Part shown: positions 29,567 to 39,195 of the stretch, in pieces | Layout: every line of letters begins with the position of its first letter | Position numbering within the stretch: position 1 is the first letter of the stretch | From: Candidatus Latescibacterota bacterium | Lineage (GTDB): Bacteria; Latescibacterota; UBA2968; GCA-2709665 | Direction: 5' to 3' | Assembly: GCA_965208835.1 (NCBI GenBank) | Contig: OZ242358.1 | Coordinates: forward strand, 32,001 to 96,000 | DNA: 64,000 nt | The notes under the pieces: generated by a model | The model's input: the letters and a program-made list of their open reading frames with translations, nothing else | The model's database searches: none | What the model was told of the DNA's origin: nothing | Position numbers and translations under genes: made by a program

Positions 29567-30501
29567 GCGCACTGGCGGTTGGCGTCGACCTGGGCGGAAC
29601 CAATACCCGCGCGGGCCTGGTGACGGACGCGGGAGAGATCGTCTCCCGGTTCCGATGTCCCACGCGGCCCGACCTGGGCAGCGATCATGTGATTTCCGGA
29701 ATCGCGAAGTGCGTCAGGCAGGTGCTTCGGAAAGCGGGCGGAGCGGAAGTGCGCGGCGTGGGCGTCGGTGCGCCGGGTCCGCTAGACCCCTTCAACGGCG
29801 TCATTATTTCTTCCGAGAATATGCCTTGCATGCACGGCGTACGGCTGAAAGACCGGCTTGAGGCAGCACTCGAAACGCCGGTGGTCGTGGATAACGATGC
29901 GAATCTCGCGGCATTTGGCGAACAATGGCAGGGCGCCGGCAGGAAGGCGCCTCATTTTTTGTGTGTGACGCTGGGCACGGGCGTGGGCGGCGGCTGGGTG
30001 TGCAACGGCGAATTGATGCATGGGTTCAACGGCAATGCGGCGGAGGTGGGCCACATCACCATCGACTGGAACGGACCCCGGTGCCCCTGCGGGAATTATG
30101 GATGTCTTGAGCTCTACGTCTCCGCTACCGCGATGGTAAGGCGGACCCGTGAGCGGCTGGAAACGGAAGCACCGGAAACCGCGCTGAACGCGAGGGGGCT
30201 GACGACGCAGGCCATTTTCGAGGCGGCCGAGGCGGGAGACGCGTTTGCCCGCGCCATGTTCGAAGAAACCGGGACGCTGCTGGGAATCGGGCTTGTGAGT
30301 CTGGTGAGCGTAACGAACGTGGAGGTGGTGGCGCTGTGCGGGGGGCTCGCGCGTGCAGGGGAACGGCTGTTTGCGCCTGCCAGAAGGACCTTTCAGGAAC
30401 GTGGTACGGTCGGGGTCAAGGAAAGGGTGCGGATTGTGGCGGGCATGCTGGGGGACGACGCGGGGATTCTTGGCGCGGCAAGACTGGCGATCGGGGCATG
30501 A
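29563..30501 (+). CDS. ROK family kinase (glucokinase-like)
   Basis: DLGGT, NDAN, LGTGVGGG, EVGH, CPCGNYGCLE. Confidence 0.92.
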   Translation: MSALAVGVDLGGTNTRAGLVTDAGEIVSRFRCPTRPDLGSDHVISGIAKCVRQVLRKAGGAEVRGVGVGAPGPLDPFNGVIISSENMPCMHGVRLKDRLEAALETPVVVDNDANLAAFGEQWQGAGRKAPHFLCVTLGTGVGGGWVCNGELMHGFNGNAAEVGHITIDWNGPRCPCGNYGCLELYVSATAMVRRTRERLETEAPETALNARGLTTQAIFEAAEAGDAFARAMFEETGTLLGIGLVSLVSVTNVEVVALCGGLARAGERLFAPARRTFQERGTVGVKERVRIVAGMLGDDAGILGAARLAIGA

Positions 30502-30504
30502 ATC

Positions 30505-30999
30505 GTGAAGCGCAATGCCTGGAACAGAAAAGTCGGCAATTCCGGCGGTGTGATTTCTGCCGCATTGACGCTCGCGTTCGCGGCGGGAATGGCTATTCTT
30601 ACAGGGGTCGTCCCGGCGGCTGCTGAAAGTCCGGATTCGACGGCCGTGGACAGTGTCCGGGAGGCCCAGACCCCGCGGGGGGCGATGTTACGGTCGCTGG
30701 CGTTGCCGGGATGGGGGCAGTTTTATAACCGCCGGCCCGTAAAGGGAAGCCTGATCGCCGCCGCGCAGGTGGGTTCCACGGTGGCGTTTTTTGTTCGCCG
30801 GAACCAGTTGAACAATCGCCCGTCGGTCGATGCATCGCTGGAACGGAATATCTTTCTGTATACGACGATCGGCCTTGTCCTGTTCAGTATGGGCGATGCG
30901 TATGTGGATGCGCATCTGGACCAGGTCGACTGGGAGGAGCCGCACGGACACGGTGAGGAAGGCCTGGAATTCCGTATGCGGTTCCGAATCCGATTCTGA
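30505..30999 (+). CDS. DUF5683-like membrane protein
   Basis: AMLRSLALPGWGQFYN and DAYVDAHL motifs. Confidence 0.75.
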   Translation: MKRNAWNRKVGNSGGVISAALTLAFAAGMAILTGVVPAAAESPDSTAVDSVREAQTPRGAMLRSLALPGWGQFYNRRPVKGSLIAAAQVGSTVAFFVRRNQLNNRPSVDASLERNIFLYTTIGLVLFSMGDAYVDAHLDQVDWEEPHGHGEEGLEFRMRFRIRF

Positions 31000-31035
31000 C
31001 GGACGCTACGATGTCTTTGTGTCCACGGAGCCCGG

Positions 31036-32139
31036 ATGATGGATAACCGGTTTCCATTTACCCGAATTGTTCGCGGCCTGCCGGCATCGGTGCCGTTCGT
31101 AGGGCCCGAAGCGCTGGAGCGCAGGCGCGGAGAACCCTTCAGGGTGAGGGTAGGGGCCAACGAAAGCGCTTTCGGGATTTCGCCGCTGGCGCGCGAGGCC
31201 ATGTTCCGTGCGGTCGATCGGTTGAGTTGGTACAACGATCCTGAAAACCACGAGATCCGCAGCGCAATTGCCGGATTCAACGGCGTCCCGTTCGAGAACG
31301 TCAGCGTAGGAAGCGGAATCGACGACCTGCTGGGGCTTGTCGTGCGGGTTTTTGTCGAGCCCGGAGAGAGGGTCGTTACATCCCTGGGCGCATACCCGAC
31401 GTTCAACTACCACGTAAACGGGTTTGGCGGCCTCCTGCACTTCGTGCCTTACCGGAATGACAGAAACGATCTGGAGGGACTGGCCGATGCCGCCGCGGAA
31501 ACCGATGCCCGGCTGGTGTACCTGTCCAATCCGGACAACCCCACGGGCACCTGGCACCCGGCGGCGAATATCCTGGCATTTGAGAGAACGCTTCCGGATC
31601 GGTGCCTGCTGATTCTGGATGAAGCATATTCAGAGTTCGCAACACAGGACGCGCTGCCGGCTATGGCGCCGATCAGGCCGCGCGTCATTCGTATGCGCAC
31701 GTTTTCCAAGGCGCACGGGATGGCCGGCGCGCGGATCGGATACGCGGTTGCGGACGCGGTCGTTGTGGAGGCCCTGGAGAAGGTACGGCACCACTATGGT
31801 GTGAATCGAGTGGCACAGGCCGGAGCACTCGCATCGCTTGGGGATACGGAATTCGTGGCGAACGTGGTCAGGTCGGTTGCGGAAGGACGGACGGATTATG
31901 CGCTTCTGGGAGAAAGGCTTGGTTTGCCCACGCTGCCTTCGGCCACGAACTTCGTCGCCTTCGATGCCGGAACGGCGGATCGCGCGAATACGATTCTGGA
32001 GACCCTTCAGAGACACGGCGCGTTCGTGCGCAAACCCGCGGCGGCGCCTCTGGACAGGTTTTTCAGGGTGACCGTGGGGACACCGGAGGAGCGGCTGTTG
32101 TTCGCCGGGATATTGAGGACGGTCCTGGCAACCCTCTGA
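31036..32139 (+). CDS. Histidinol-phosphate aminotransferase-like PLP enzyme
   Basis: ANES, NPDNPTG, DEAY, RTFSKAHGMAGARIG. Confidence 0.88.
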   Translation: MMDNRFPFTRIVRGLPASVPFVGPEALERRRGEPFRVRVGANESAFGISPLAREAMFRAVDRLSWYNDPENHEIRSAIAGFNGVPFENVSVGSGIDDLLGLVVRVFVEPGERVVTSLGAYPTFNYHVNGFGGLLHFVPYRNDRNDLEGLADAAAETDARLVYLSNPDNPTGTWHPAANILAFERTLPDRCLLILDEAYSEFATQDALPAMAPIRPRVIRMRTFSKAHGMAGARIGYAVADAVVVEALEKVRHHYGVNRVAQAGALASLGDTEFVANVVRSVAEGRTDYALLGERLGLPTLPSATNFVAFDAGTADRANTILETLQRHGAFVRKPAAAPLDRFFRVTVGTPEERLLFAGILRTVLATL

Positions 32140-32168
32140 TAAAGCCCATCTGTTGCGGCGCATGAGTC

Positions 32169-32285
32169 GGTACCGCGAACTGGCAGTTCGCGGTACATCG
32201 CCGTCACAATTCGCTAGATACTATGCAGGTTCTTGATCCCGTAACGCGAATTGGTAATTCGCGGCATCAGCCAATTCGCGGCACC
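32169..32285. repeat. REP-like palindrome cluster
   Basis: GTACCGCGAACTG-G-CAGTTCGCGGTAC (32170-32196) and variant CGCGAATTGGTAATTCGCG (32245-32263). Confidence 0.65.
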
Positions 32286-32306
32286 ATGCAAACTGCGGAG
32301 GCGAAT

Positions 32307-33086
32307 ATGGACGAACCGACAACGCTGGATCTGTTTCGACTGAACGGTCGTGTGGCGCTGATTACCGGAGGATCGAAGGGACTGGGAAAGGAAATGGCGC
32401 TGGCGCTGGCCGAAGCGGGCGCCGTTACCGTGGTCTGTTCGAGAAACGGAGCGGACTGTGAAGCGGTTGCGGCGGAGATCGCGGCACATGCGGGTCAGGA
32501 GAGCCTGGGCCTCGCCGCCGACGTGACCGTGGACGCGGAGGTGATCGGCCTGATGCAGGCGGTCACGGACCGGTTCGGGCGACTGGATGTTCTGGTCAAC
32601 TGTGCGGGGATCAACATCCGGCATCCGCTGGATCGTTTTCCGGTCGATGAATTCCGGCAGGTCATAGAGACCAACCTGACCGGTTCCTGGCTCTGCTGCA
32701 GGGCCGCGGGGCCGATCATGACGTCCCGGAAGAGTGGATCGGTGATCAACGTGGGGTCGACGCTGAGCGCCGTGGGTCTGGCGGAACGCTCGGCATATTG
32801 TTCGTCCAAGGCCGGGGTCGCCGGCATGACCCGGGCGCTCGCGCTGGAGTGGGCGCCGTTCGGAGTCCGGTGCAACGCGCTTTGCCCGGGACCCTTTCTG
32901 ACGGAGATCAACAGGCCGCTTCTGAAGACTCCCGACAAGGTGAAGAGTCTGCTCAGCCAGACGGCGTTCAATCGCTGGGGCGAGATGCGCGAGATCCGTG
33001 GCGCCGCGCTGTTTCTGGCCAGCGACGCGTCGACCTACGTGACGGGAACGTCGCTGTTCGTGGACGGAGGATGGACGGCTCGCTGA
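32307..33086 (+). CDS. Short-chain dehydrogenase/reductase
   Basis: TGGSKGLG, NCAG, YCSSK; GGAGG RBS before ATG 32307. Confidence 0.92.
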   Translation: MDEPTTLDLFRLNGRVALITGGSKGLGKEMALALAEAGAVTVVCSRNGADCEAVAAEIAAHAGQESLGLAADVTVDAEVIGLMQAVTDRFGRLDVLVNCAGINIRHPLDRFPVDEFRQVIETNLTGSWLCCRAAGPIMTSRKSGSVINVGSTLSAVGLAERSAYCSSKAGVAGMTRALALEWAPFGVRCNALCPGPFLTEINRPLLKTPDKVKSLLSQTAFNRWGEMREIRGAALFLASDASTYVTGTSLFVDGGWTAR

Positions 33087-33214
33087 TTCGCGCATGCGGC
33101 CGGCAACAGCGATACAGTGAGGTACCGCGAACTGGCAGTTTCCGGCGTTTGTTCAATCACCTTGCATTCAGTCCCCATAGGTTTCCCGGACAGTTCACCG
33201 AGACGGAATGTCCA

Positions 33215-34321
33215 ATGGAATGTTTCCCGACGAAGTTTTCACGATGGACGGTCAGCCTGGGCCTGGGGATCACGATGTTGATCGGGGTCCCCATTGCCGG
33301 GCAGGGGCCGCCGTTCTACGAGGATAAGATGGCGATGCTGGTCTACGTGGACGCAGGGGGCAGGGAACGGGCGATATCGAGTTCGAAGGACTGGGAAAAG
33401 CGGCGGGCCGACATTCTGGCGAATATGGAGAAAGTGATGGGACCCCTTCCCGACCGTTCCAGCCTGCCCGCGCTGGATATGGAGGTTGTGGGGACCGAGG
33501 ACCTGGGCGACGTGATCAGGAAGAAGGTCTCTTTCGTGTCGGAACCGGACGACCGCGTACCCGCGTACCTGCTTGTCCCGAAGGGCTTGAACGGCAAGGC
33601 ACCGGCGATGCTGTGCCTGCATCAGACAACGAAAATCGGGAAAGGCGAACCCGCGGGCGTGGGCGGCATCCCGGATCTTCACTATGCGCTGGAACTTGCG
33701 CGGAGGGGTTATGTGACGCTGGCGCCGGACTACGTGAATTTCGGAGACTACGAAATCGATCCATATCAAAATGGTTATGCCAGCGCCACGATGAAGGGGA
33801 TCTGGAACCATATGCGGGCCGTGGACCTGCTACAGTCGCTGCCGGAGGTGGATGCCGGGCGGATCGGATGTATCGGCCATTCCCTGGGCGGACACAATTC
33901 CATGTATCTGTCCGCGTTCGATCGGCGGCTGAAGGTCGTGGTGTCCAGTTGCGGGTTCAATTCGTTCTTCAAATATTATGGCGGCGACCTGACCGGCTGG
34001 AGCCATCGGGGGTATATGCCCCGCATTTCTGAGCGTTACGGCAAAGACCCGAATCGGATGCCGTTTGATTTCACGGAGGTCGTTGCCACCCTCGCGCCCC
34101 GGGGATTCTTCATAAACGCGCCGTTGCGTGATGCCAATTTTGAAGTGTCCGGCGTGAAGGACTGCGTCCGGGCGGCAGCGCCGGTTTACGCGTTACTTGG
34201 CGCCTCCGGCCGCCTGATGGCGGTACATCCCGATGCGGAACACGCGTTTCCGCCGGAAATTCGCGAGCAGGCTTATGCGTTTGTCGACGGCGCACTGAGG
34301 GCCGGCGGCCTGAAGGAGTGA
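33215..34321 (+). CDS. Exported alpha/beta hydrolase (dienelactone hydrolase/esterase-like)
   Basis: Signal-like N-terminus, CLHQT, GHSLGG nucleophile elbow, AEHAF. Confidence 0.85.
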   Translation: MECFPTKFSRWTVSLGLGITMLIGVPIAGQGPPFYEDKMAMLVYVDAGGRERAISSSKDWEKRRADILANMEKVMGPLPDRSSLPALDMEVVGTEDLGDVIRKKVSFVSEPDDRVPAYLLVPKGLNGKAPAMLCLHQTTKIGKGEPAGVGGIPDLHYALELARRGYVTLAPDYVNFGDYEIDPYQNGYASATMKGIWNHMRAVDLLQSLPEVDAGRIGCIGHSLGGHNSMYLSAFDRRLKVVVSSCGFNSFFKYYGGDLTGWSHRGYMPRISERYGKDPNRMPFDFTEVVATLAPRGFFINAPLRDANFEVSGVKDCVRAAAPVYALLGASGRLMAVHPDAEHAFPPEIREQAYAFVDGALRAGGLKE

Positions 34322-34361
34322 ACCCGATGCCACCTTTGGAATTTACGGCAGGGAGGTGAGA

Positions 34362-35696
34362 ATGGCCGACTTGAAACTGGAAAGGATCGAACGTTGGGCG
34401 CCGCATCCTTCTGCCGCGCCGCTGACTGAACAGGATGGAAATACGTTCGCTGCGGCGGCCAATGGAACACGGACGTGCGTGGGCGGCTGGCAGGCGATAT
34501 TCTCGGGGGTCGAACCGGGTCAGGCGCTCCGGGCGACCTGGGAGGCGGACTACAGATCTCTCGAACATCCCAGGGACACGCTGCGCTGCAAATCCTACTG
34601 GGGAGAGATGCCCCCCGACGACGCGACGGTGCCGATACATGAAATACAGGAATGGGACTATCTGCTGCCGGCGGCCGTCGGAACGCAAACGATCCGGTTC
34701 TCCCGTACGCTGACCGCGCCCGAAGGTACCAACCGTTTAACGCTGCGGTGTACGTTCCGGTGGGCAACCGCGGGCGAGTCCGAGTGGCATGTGCCCGAGG
34801 TTAAGGTTGTCGAGGCCCCGGAGACGCCCACCGCGATAAGGGTTGCGGTGGTAACGGGCAAGGCGGGATCACGGAAGGGACCCTATACCGCGGTTGCCGA
34901 AAATATCGACTATTATCTGCCCCTTTGCAAAGCCGCATGCAATTCGGGGCCGGATCTGATCGTCTTGCCGGAAATTGCCCTTCAGTGGGGGATTTCAGGG
35001 AGCCCCATCGACCTCGCGGTACCGCTTCCCGGCCCGGAAACGAAGCCGTTTGCGGACCTCGCCCGCCAACACGGGCTGTACCTGCTGCTGGGCCTGATTG
35101 AGCGGGACGGCGACGCGGTTCACAATACAGCGGCGCTGATCGGACCGGACGGAGCGGTGGACGGCAGGTATCGAAAGGTACATCTGGCCGTGGGCGGCGA
35201 GAGCGAATCCGGGATTCTTCCCGGCGACGGCTTTCCCATGTTCGATACGGTAATCGGGCGGATCGGATGCAATATCTGCATGGACAGCTCGGCAGCGGAA
35301 TCATCACGGATGGTGGGATTGAGCGGGGCGGATTTCCTCCTGCTGCCGATCATGGGCGATCACCGCGCCAGCAGGTGGAGTCAGGGAGCGCCCATCTTCA
35401 GTGAGGACCGCTGGAAGGCCATTATGCGGACCCGCGCGATGGACAACCAGGTCTGCATGGTGGTTGCCCGGAATACGACGCAGGGCAGCTGTATCGTGGA
35501 CAGAAAAGGCGACATCCTGGCTTGGAACGAGGGAGACGAGGATCACATTTTAGCAACGGTGGATCTGGCGGACGGATTTCGCACCTGGAACGGGGGTTGC
35601 TTCCGGGAGGTGAACTGGTTGCAGCGCCGTCCACATCTCTATGAAGCGTACAGTGACGAGTCGAACCAGGGGTCGCTGACAGGCGCGGTGTATTAG
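34362..35696 (+). CDS. Carbon-nitrogen hydrolase with N-terminal beta-rich domain
   Basis: E-K-C triad in LPEI, YRKVH and NICMD; GGGAGG RBS. Confidence 0.88.
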   Translation: MADLKLERIERWAPHPSAAPLTEQDGNTFAAAANGTRTCVGGWQAIFSGVEPGQALRATWEADYRSLEHPRDTLRCKSYWGEMPPDDATVPIHEIQEWDYLLPAAVGTQTIRFSRTLTAPEGTNRLTLRCTFRWATAGESEWHVPEVKVVEAPETPTAIRVAVVTGKAGSRKGPYTAVAENIDYYLPLCKAACNSGPDLIVLPEIALQWGISGSPIDLAVPLPGPETKPFADLARQHGLYLLLGLIERDGDAVHNTAALIGPDGAVDGRYRKVHLAVGGESESGILPGDGFPMFDTVIGRIGCNICMDSSAAESSRMVGLSGADFLLLPIMGDHRASRWSQGAPIFSEDRWKAIMRTRAMDNQVCMVVARNTTQGSCIVDRKGDILAWNEGDEDHILATVDLADGFRTWNGGCFREVNWLQRRPHLYEAYSDESNQGSLTGAVY

Positions 35697-35748
35697 AATC
35701 TGACCCCGATCGCCCGTATTCTCGACAAGAAACGGCGCATGAAGTCAT

Positions 35749-35778
35749 AAAGCCCGGCGGGAAATCCGCCGGGCTTTT
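35749..35778. terminator. Bidirectional intrinsic terminator
   Basis: AAAGCCCGGCGG-gaaat-CCGCCGGGCTTT between convergent genes. Confidence 0.85.
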
Positions 35779-35784
35779 CCTGTA

Positions 35785-36561
35785 TCAGGCCGGCTCCAGG
35801 TGTTTGAACAACAGAATGCCTGCGGCGACGGCCACATTGAGAGAATTTACACCTTCTGCCATGGGTATGGAGATGGCCTGGTGGACGTGTTGGCGAAGAT
35901 CGGCGTCGACACCGAAGGTCTCGTTGCCGAACAGAAATGCGATGCGGCCTTTCCGTTCCATCTCATAGAACGGCTTTCCCTGCAGTTCGGTGGACAGTAT
36001 ACGGACATCCCGCTGCCGCAGGTCTTCGATCAGCGCGTGAAGATCCTCGTTTCGAAAAGCGGGCAGGCGAAAGATGGAACCGCGGGAAGCGCGCACGACC
36101 TTGGAATTATAGAGCTCGACGGATCCGTGAGAGAGGAAAATGGCTGCCGCGCCGGCCGCCTCGGCGGTGCGGAAGACCAACCCCAGGTTGTTGGGGTCCC
36201 GCAACCGGTCGAAAAGCAGGAGAGGGCCTCCCGCATCCAGCGCCCGTTTCCGGTTCTGCGCTAGGTACCGTACCACGCCAATCACGCCCTCGGGATTCTG
36301 ATGTTCACCCATATTTCTGATCGCGCGGCGATCCGTCTGCTGGACGGTTATTTCCCGGCGCAGGGCCTCGCGGTGAAACTGCTGCAGGCGACTGTCGGCA
36401 TCGAGCATCTCCCGGTCGAAGATGAGCTGCACCACCGGCGCGTCTGAAAGGAGCGCCTCTTCCACGAGGCGAATGCCTTCGATAACGAACTGACGTTCGC
36501 GCTCTCGCGCCTTGCGATTCCTGATAAGCGCGAGGATCTTGCGGGCGTTTTTTACAGGCAT
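35785..36561 (-). CDS. TrmH/SpoU family RNA methyltransferase
   Basis: IEG, LRDPNNLG..FRTA, FGNETFG, NSLNVAVAAGI. Confidence 0.92.
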   Translation of the reverse strand: MPVKNARKILALIRNRKARERERQFVIEGIRLVEEALLSDAPVVQLIFDREMLDADSRLQQFHREALRREITVQQTDRRAIRNMGEHQNPEGVIGVVRYLAQNRKRALDAGGPLLLFDRLRDPNNLGLVFRTAEAAGAAAIFLSHGSVELYNSKVVRASRGSIFRLPAFRNEDLHALIEDLRQRDVRILSTELQGKPFYEMERKGRIAFLFGNETFGVDADLRQHVHQAISIPMAEGVNSLNVAVAAGILLFKHLEPA

Positions 36562-36572
36562 AGGAACTCTGA

Positions 36573-36757
36573 GAAGCTGTTTTAAAATTCCTGGTGAGTC
36601 TCGAGCGCGCGCGAAAATGTGTCGGTCAAGGCGGGCAAATTCGCCTATGAGAGGCGAGCTAGCGCAGCCTCGATCTCGTACGACGGGTGGATTTGACCAA
36701 CGCAGACCGACGCTTTTGCAGCCGCGCGAAGACCGCTGGGGGTTTTAAGACAGCTTC
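36573..36757 (-). mobile_element. MITE family A, copy 5 (loop type 2, diverged)
   Basis: GAAGCTGTTTTAAAATT...GGTTTTAAGACAGCTTC; flanks TGA/CGA. Confidence 0.85.
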
Positions 36758-36795
36758 CGAGACGCCGGACAACCGGCTTCCATTCTTCACGCCGT

Positions 36796-36966
36796 CTACT
36801 GGCGTTCGCCGGAATCGGCCTCGTGTTTTCGTTCGCGTATGGACTCACGCAGCCCCTGAAGTTCGGTCCATATCTCACGTTCGCGGCGTCCGAGTCCGAT
36901 AAAGTAAATGAGTATCACCGCCCATATAATCGCGTAGGCGGCAGCCATGTAACCGAGGTGTTGCAT
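36796..36966 (-). CDS. ccmD: Heme exporter protein CcmD (not in ORF track)
   Basis: Hand translation MQHLGYMAAAYAIIWAVILIYFIGLGRREREIWTELQGLRESIRERKHEADSGERQ*; GGAGG RBS; directly after ccmC. Confidence 0.85.
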   Translation of the reverse strand: MQHLGYMAAAYAIIWAVILIYFIGLGRREREIWTELQGLRESIRERKHEADSGERQ

Positions 36967-37008
36967 AGGCATCCTCCGGAATCTCCCGACAGTTCGGGCC
37001 GAGGTCTG

Positions 37009-37707
37009 CTAAGCCCGTGTTTCCGTAACGCGGAAGCAGGCTTTCAAAGATTCAAGCTCTTCCCGGGCGAATTCGAGCGAGACGCGTCTGGCCAGAACAG
37101 CGGCCACGAGTACAAGAAACACCGCGGAGCAGAAGACGAACGCGACCAGCATGTCGGGCGGCAGTCCAATTTCCTCCGCCCGTACCACCTCGGGATGCTG
37201 GGTGCGCCACAGCCGCGTGGAGTAGTGGATGAGCGGCGCGTCGAGAAAGCCGATGATACCCAGAACCGCCCGGAATCTGGCGCTCTGCAGCGGGTCTTCA
37301 CTGTAACTCTTCAGCATCATGTAAGCGACGAAAATCAGCCAGAGGACCAGCGTGAGGGTCAACTGAGCGTCCCATACCCACCAGGCCCCCCAGACGGGTT
37401 TCGCCCAGATGGGACCGGTAAGGAGCACGAGCGTACAGAAGAGCAGCCCGACCTCCGCGGCGCAGGAAGCCCATATGTCCCACCGCTTTTCCGATCGAAC
37501 GAGGTACAGGATGCTGAAGACGAAGACAAGAAAAAAGGCGGCATACATCGCGAAAGCCGACGGCACGTGAAAGTAGAAGATTTTCTGGGCAAGACCCATC
37601 TGCCTTTCCACGCTCGCGTACACGAGCGCGAGCCAGGGCGCAACCAGCATACCGATCAGCGCCAACACACCCAGGATACGGGACCACAGATACAGTTGTT
37701 TCCCCAT
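37009..37707 (-). CDS. ccmC: Heme exporter protein CcmC
   Basis: FYFHVP, WAKPVWGAWWVWD (WWD domain), WRTQHP. Confidence 0.93.
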   Translation of the reverse strand: MGKQLYLWSRILGVLALIGMLVAPWLALVYASVERQMGLAQKIFYFHVPSAFAMYAAFFLVFVFSILYLVRSEKRWDIWASCAAEVGLLFCTLVLLTGPIWAKPVWGAWWVWDAQLTLTLVLWLIFVAYMMLKSYSEDPLQSARFRAVLGIIGFLDAPLIHYSTRLWRTQHPEVVRAEEIGLPPDMLVAFVFCSAVFLVLVAAVLARRVSLEFAREELESLKACFRVTETRA

Positions 37708-37708
37708 G

Positions 37709-38449
37709 TCACTCCTCGATCACATAATCGAACAAGAGTACGCATGCGGCCACGAACAGAAGGGCGAATGCACCGCCGATATGTATCCAGGGGGAAATAT
37801 CGGATAGAGAATCGCCAGCCAGCACGGCCCGGAACGATTCGACGGCCGCGAGCAGGGCCGGGACCAGGACGGGAAGGGTGAGCATCGGCAGCAGGGCTTC
37901 CTGGAGGCGGGTCCTGATCGACATCGCTGCGAAAAGGGTGCCCACGGCCGCGAATCCGAGGGTCCCCAGCAACAGCCCGGGAAGCAGTCGGGGCAGGTGT
38001 TGCCAGACGGCGATATTCAGAAAAACAACCATAAGCGGAAGGATCAGGGCTTCCAGAAAGAGCATTGCGCACAGATTCGCCAGCATTTTGCCCAGGTAGA
38101 TCGCGCCGCGATCGGCGGGAGAAAGCAGAAGGCCCGTCAGGCAGTCGTTTTCACGTTCCGATACGAAGGAGCGCGTCAGGCCCATGAATCCGGCAAACGT
38201 TACGGCGATCCAGAAAATGCCGGGCGCGGCGCTTCCAATCGTCTCCGAGTCCGGCGTGAAGGCGAAATTAAAGACCAGAAGCACCAGAAACGCGAAAAAG
38301 CACATCGCGCTGAGACGCTCTTTCGTGCGAACCTCGGTCTTGAAGTCTTTCCAGAAAACTGCTGAAACCTGACGGAAGAAGAGGGCCAAAGGCGCTCCCG
38401 TTCCCGCGTTGCGCCGTGCATCGGAAATCGACGGATCCCTGTTACGCAC
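37709..38449 (-). CDS. ccmB: Heme exporter protein CcmB (alternative start TTG 38389)
   Basis: KDFKTEVR, RSF..ERE..L.GLLLSP, LLP.L.LP; between ccmA and ccmC. Confidence 0.9.
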   Translation of the reverse strand: MRNRDPSISDARRNAGTGAPLALFFRQVSAVFWKDFKTEVRTKERLSAMCFFAFLVLLVFNFAFTPDSETIGSAAPGIFWIAVTFAGFMGLTRSFVSERENDCLTGLLLSPADRGAIYLGKMLANLCAMLFLEALILPLMVVFLNIAVWQHLPRLLPGLLLGTLGFAAVGTLFAAMSIRTRLQEALLPMLTLPVLVPALLAAVESFRAVLAGDSLSDISPWIHIGGAFALLFVAACVLLFDYVIEE

Positions 38450-39190
38450 TCATTCTGATGCCGGGATTGCGGAAGGATGTAGGGTCAGGGCTTTCTCGTA
38501 ACGATGTTCCAGGCTCTCGATCGACTGTCCGTCGGTTTCTCCCGCCGCGACAAAACGCCCACGGTTCAGGATCGTGAAACGATCCGCAAGATCCAGACAG
38601 CGTTGCAGATCGTGGGTCACCAGGATGACCGTACGGCCCTCCCGCCGAAGCTGGCGCAAACGCTCGCTCAACATGGCGCACGCGGCCGCGTCCAGCCCCG
38701 CGAACGGCTCGTCGAGAAGAAGAATCGCGGGCTGGTGCAGCGTGGCCCTGGCAACGGCGAGGCGCTGCTTCATGCCCCTCGAAAACCCGCGGACCCGGTC
38801 GTGTTCCCTGCCGGAAAGACCCACCTCCGCCAGCGCCTGACGCACGCGTTCTTTCAGGTCGTCCAGACCGTACAGACGGCCGTAGAAGCGCAGGTTCTCA
38901 CCTGCGGTCAGGTCTTCGTAGAGAAGGGTCTGGTGCGAGATGAGTCCGATGTCCGCCCGTACGCGCTCCGGCTCTTTGCGTGCGTCCACGCCCCGAATGA
39001 ATATCCGGCCGTGCGTGGGTCTGGTGAGGGTCGCAACAACCCGCAGGAGGGTCGACTTGCCTGCCCCGTTCGGGCCCAGAAGCGCAAGAGCGCCGCTCGG
39101 AATAACGAGGTCGATGCCGTCCAGGGCGGCGATGCGGCCGAACCGTTTTTGCACGTTTTCCAGAACGATGGCCGGAACGGACGAGGCCAC
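38450..39190 (-). CDS. ccmA: Heme ABC exporter ATPase CcmA
   Basis: GPNGAGKST, FSRGMKQR, LLLDEP; operon context. Confidence 0.9.
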   Translation of the reverse strand: MASSVPAIVLENVQKRFGRIAALDGIDLVIPSGALALLGPNGAGKSTLLRVVATLTRPTHGRIFIRGVDARKEPERVRADIGLISHQTLLYEDLTAGENLRFYGRLYGLDDLKERVRQALAEVGLSGREHDRVRGFSRGMKQRLAVARATLHQPAILLLDEPFAGLDAAACAMLSERLRQLRREGRTVILVTHDLQRCLDLADRFTILNRGRFVAAGETDGQSIESLEHRYEKALTLHPSAIPASE

Positions 39191-39195
39191 AACGA

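Noticed and set aside
32798-33214. N-terminal extension of the alpha/beta hydrolase
   Set aside because: It overlaps the SDR gene in another frame, and a signal-like sequence begins at ATG 33215.
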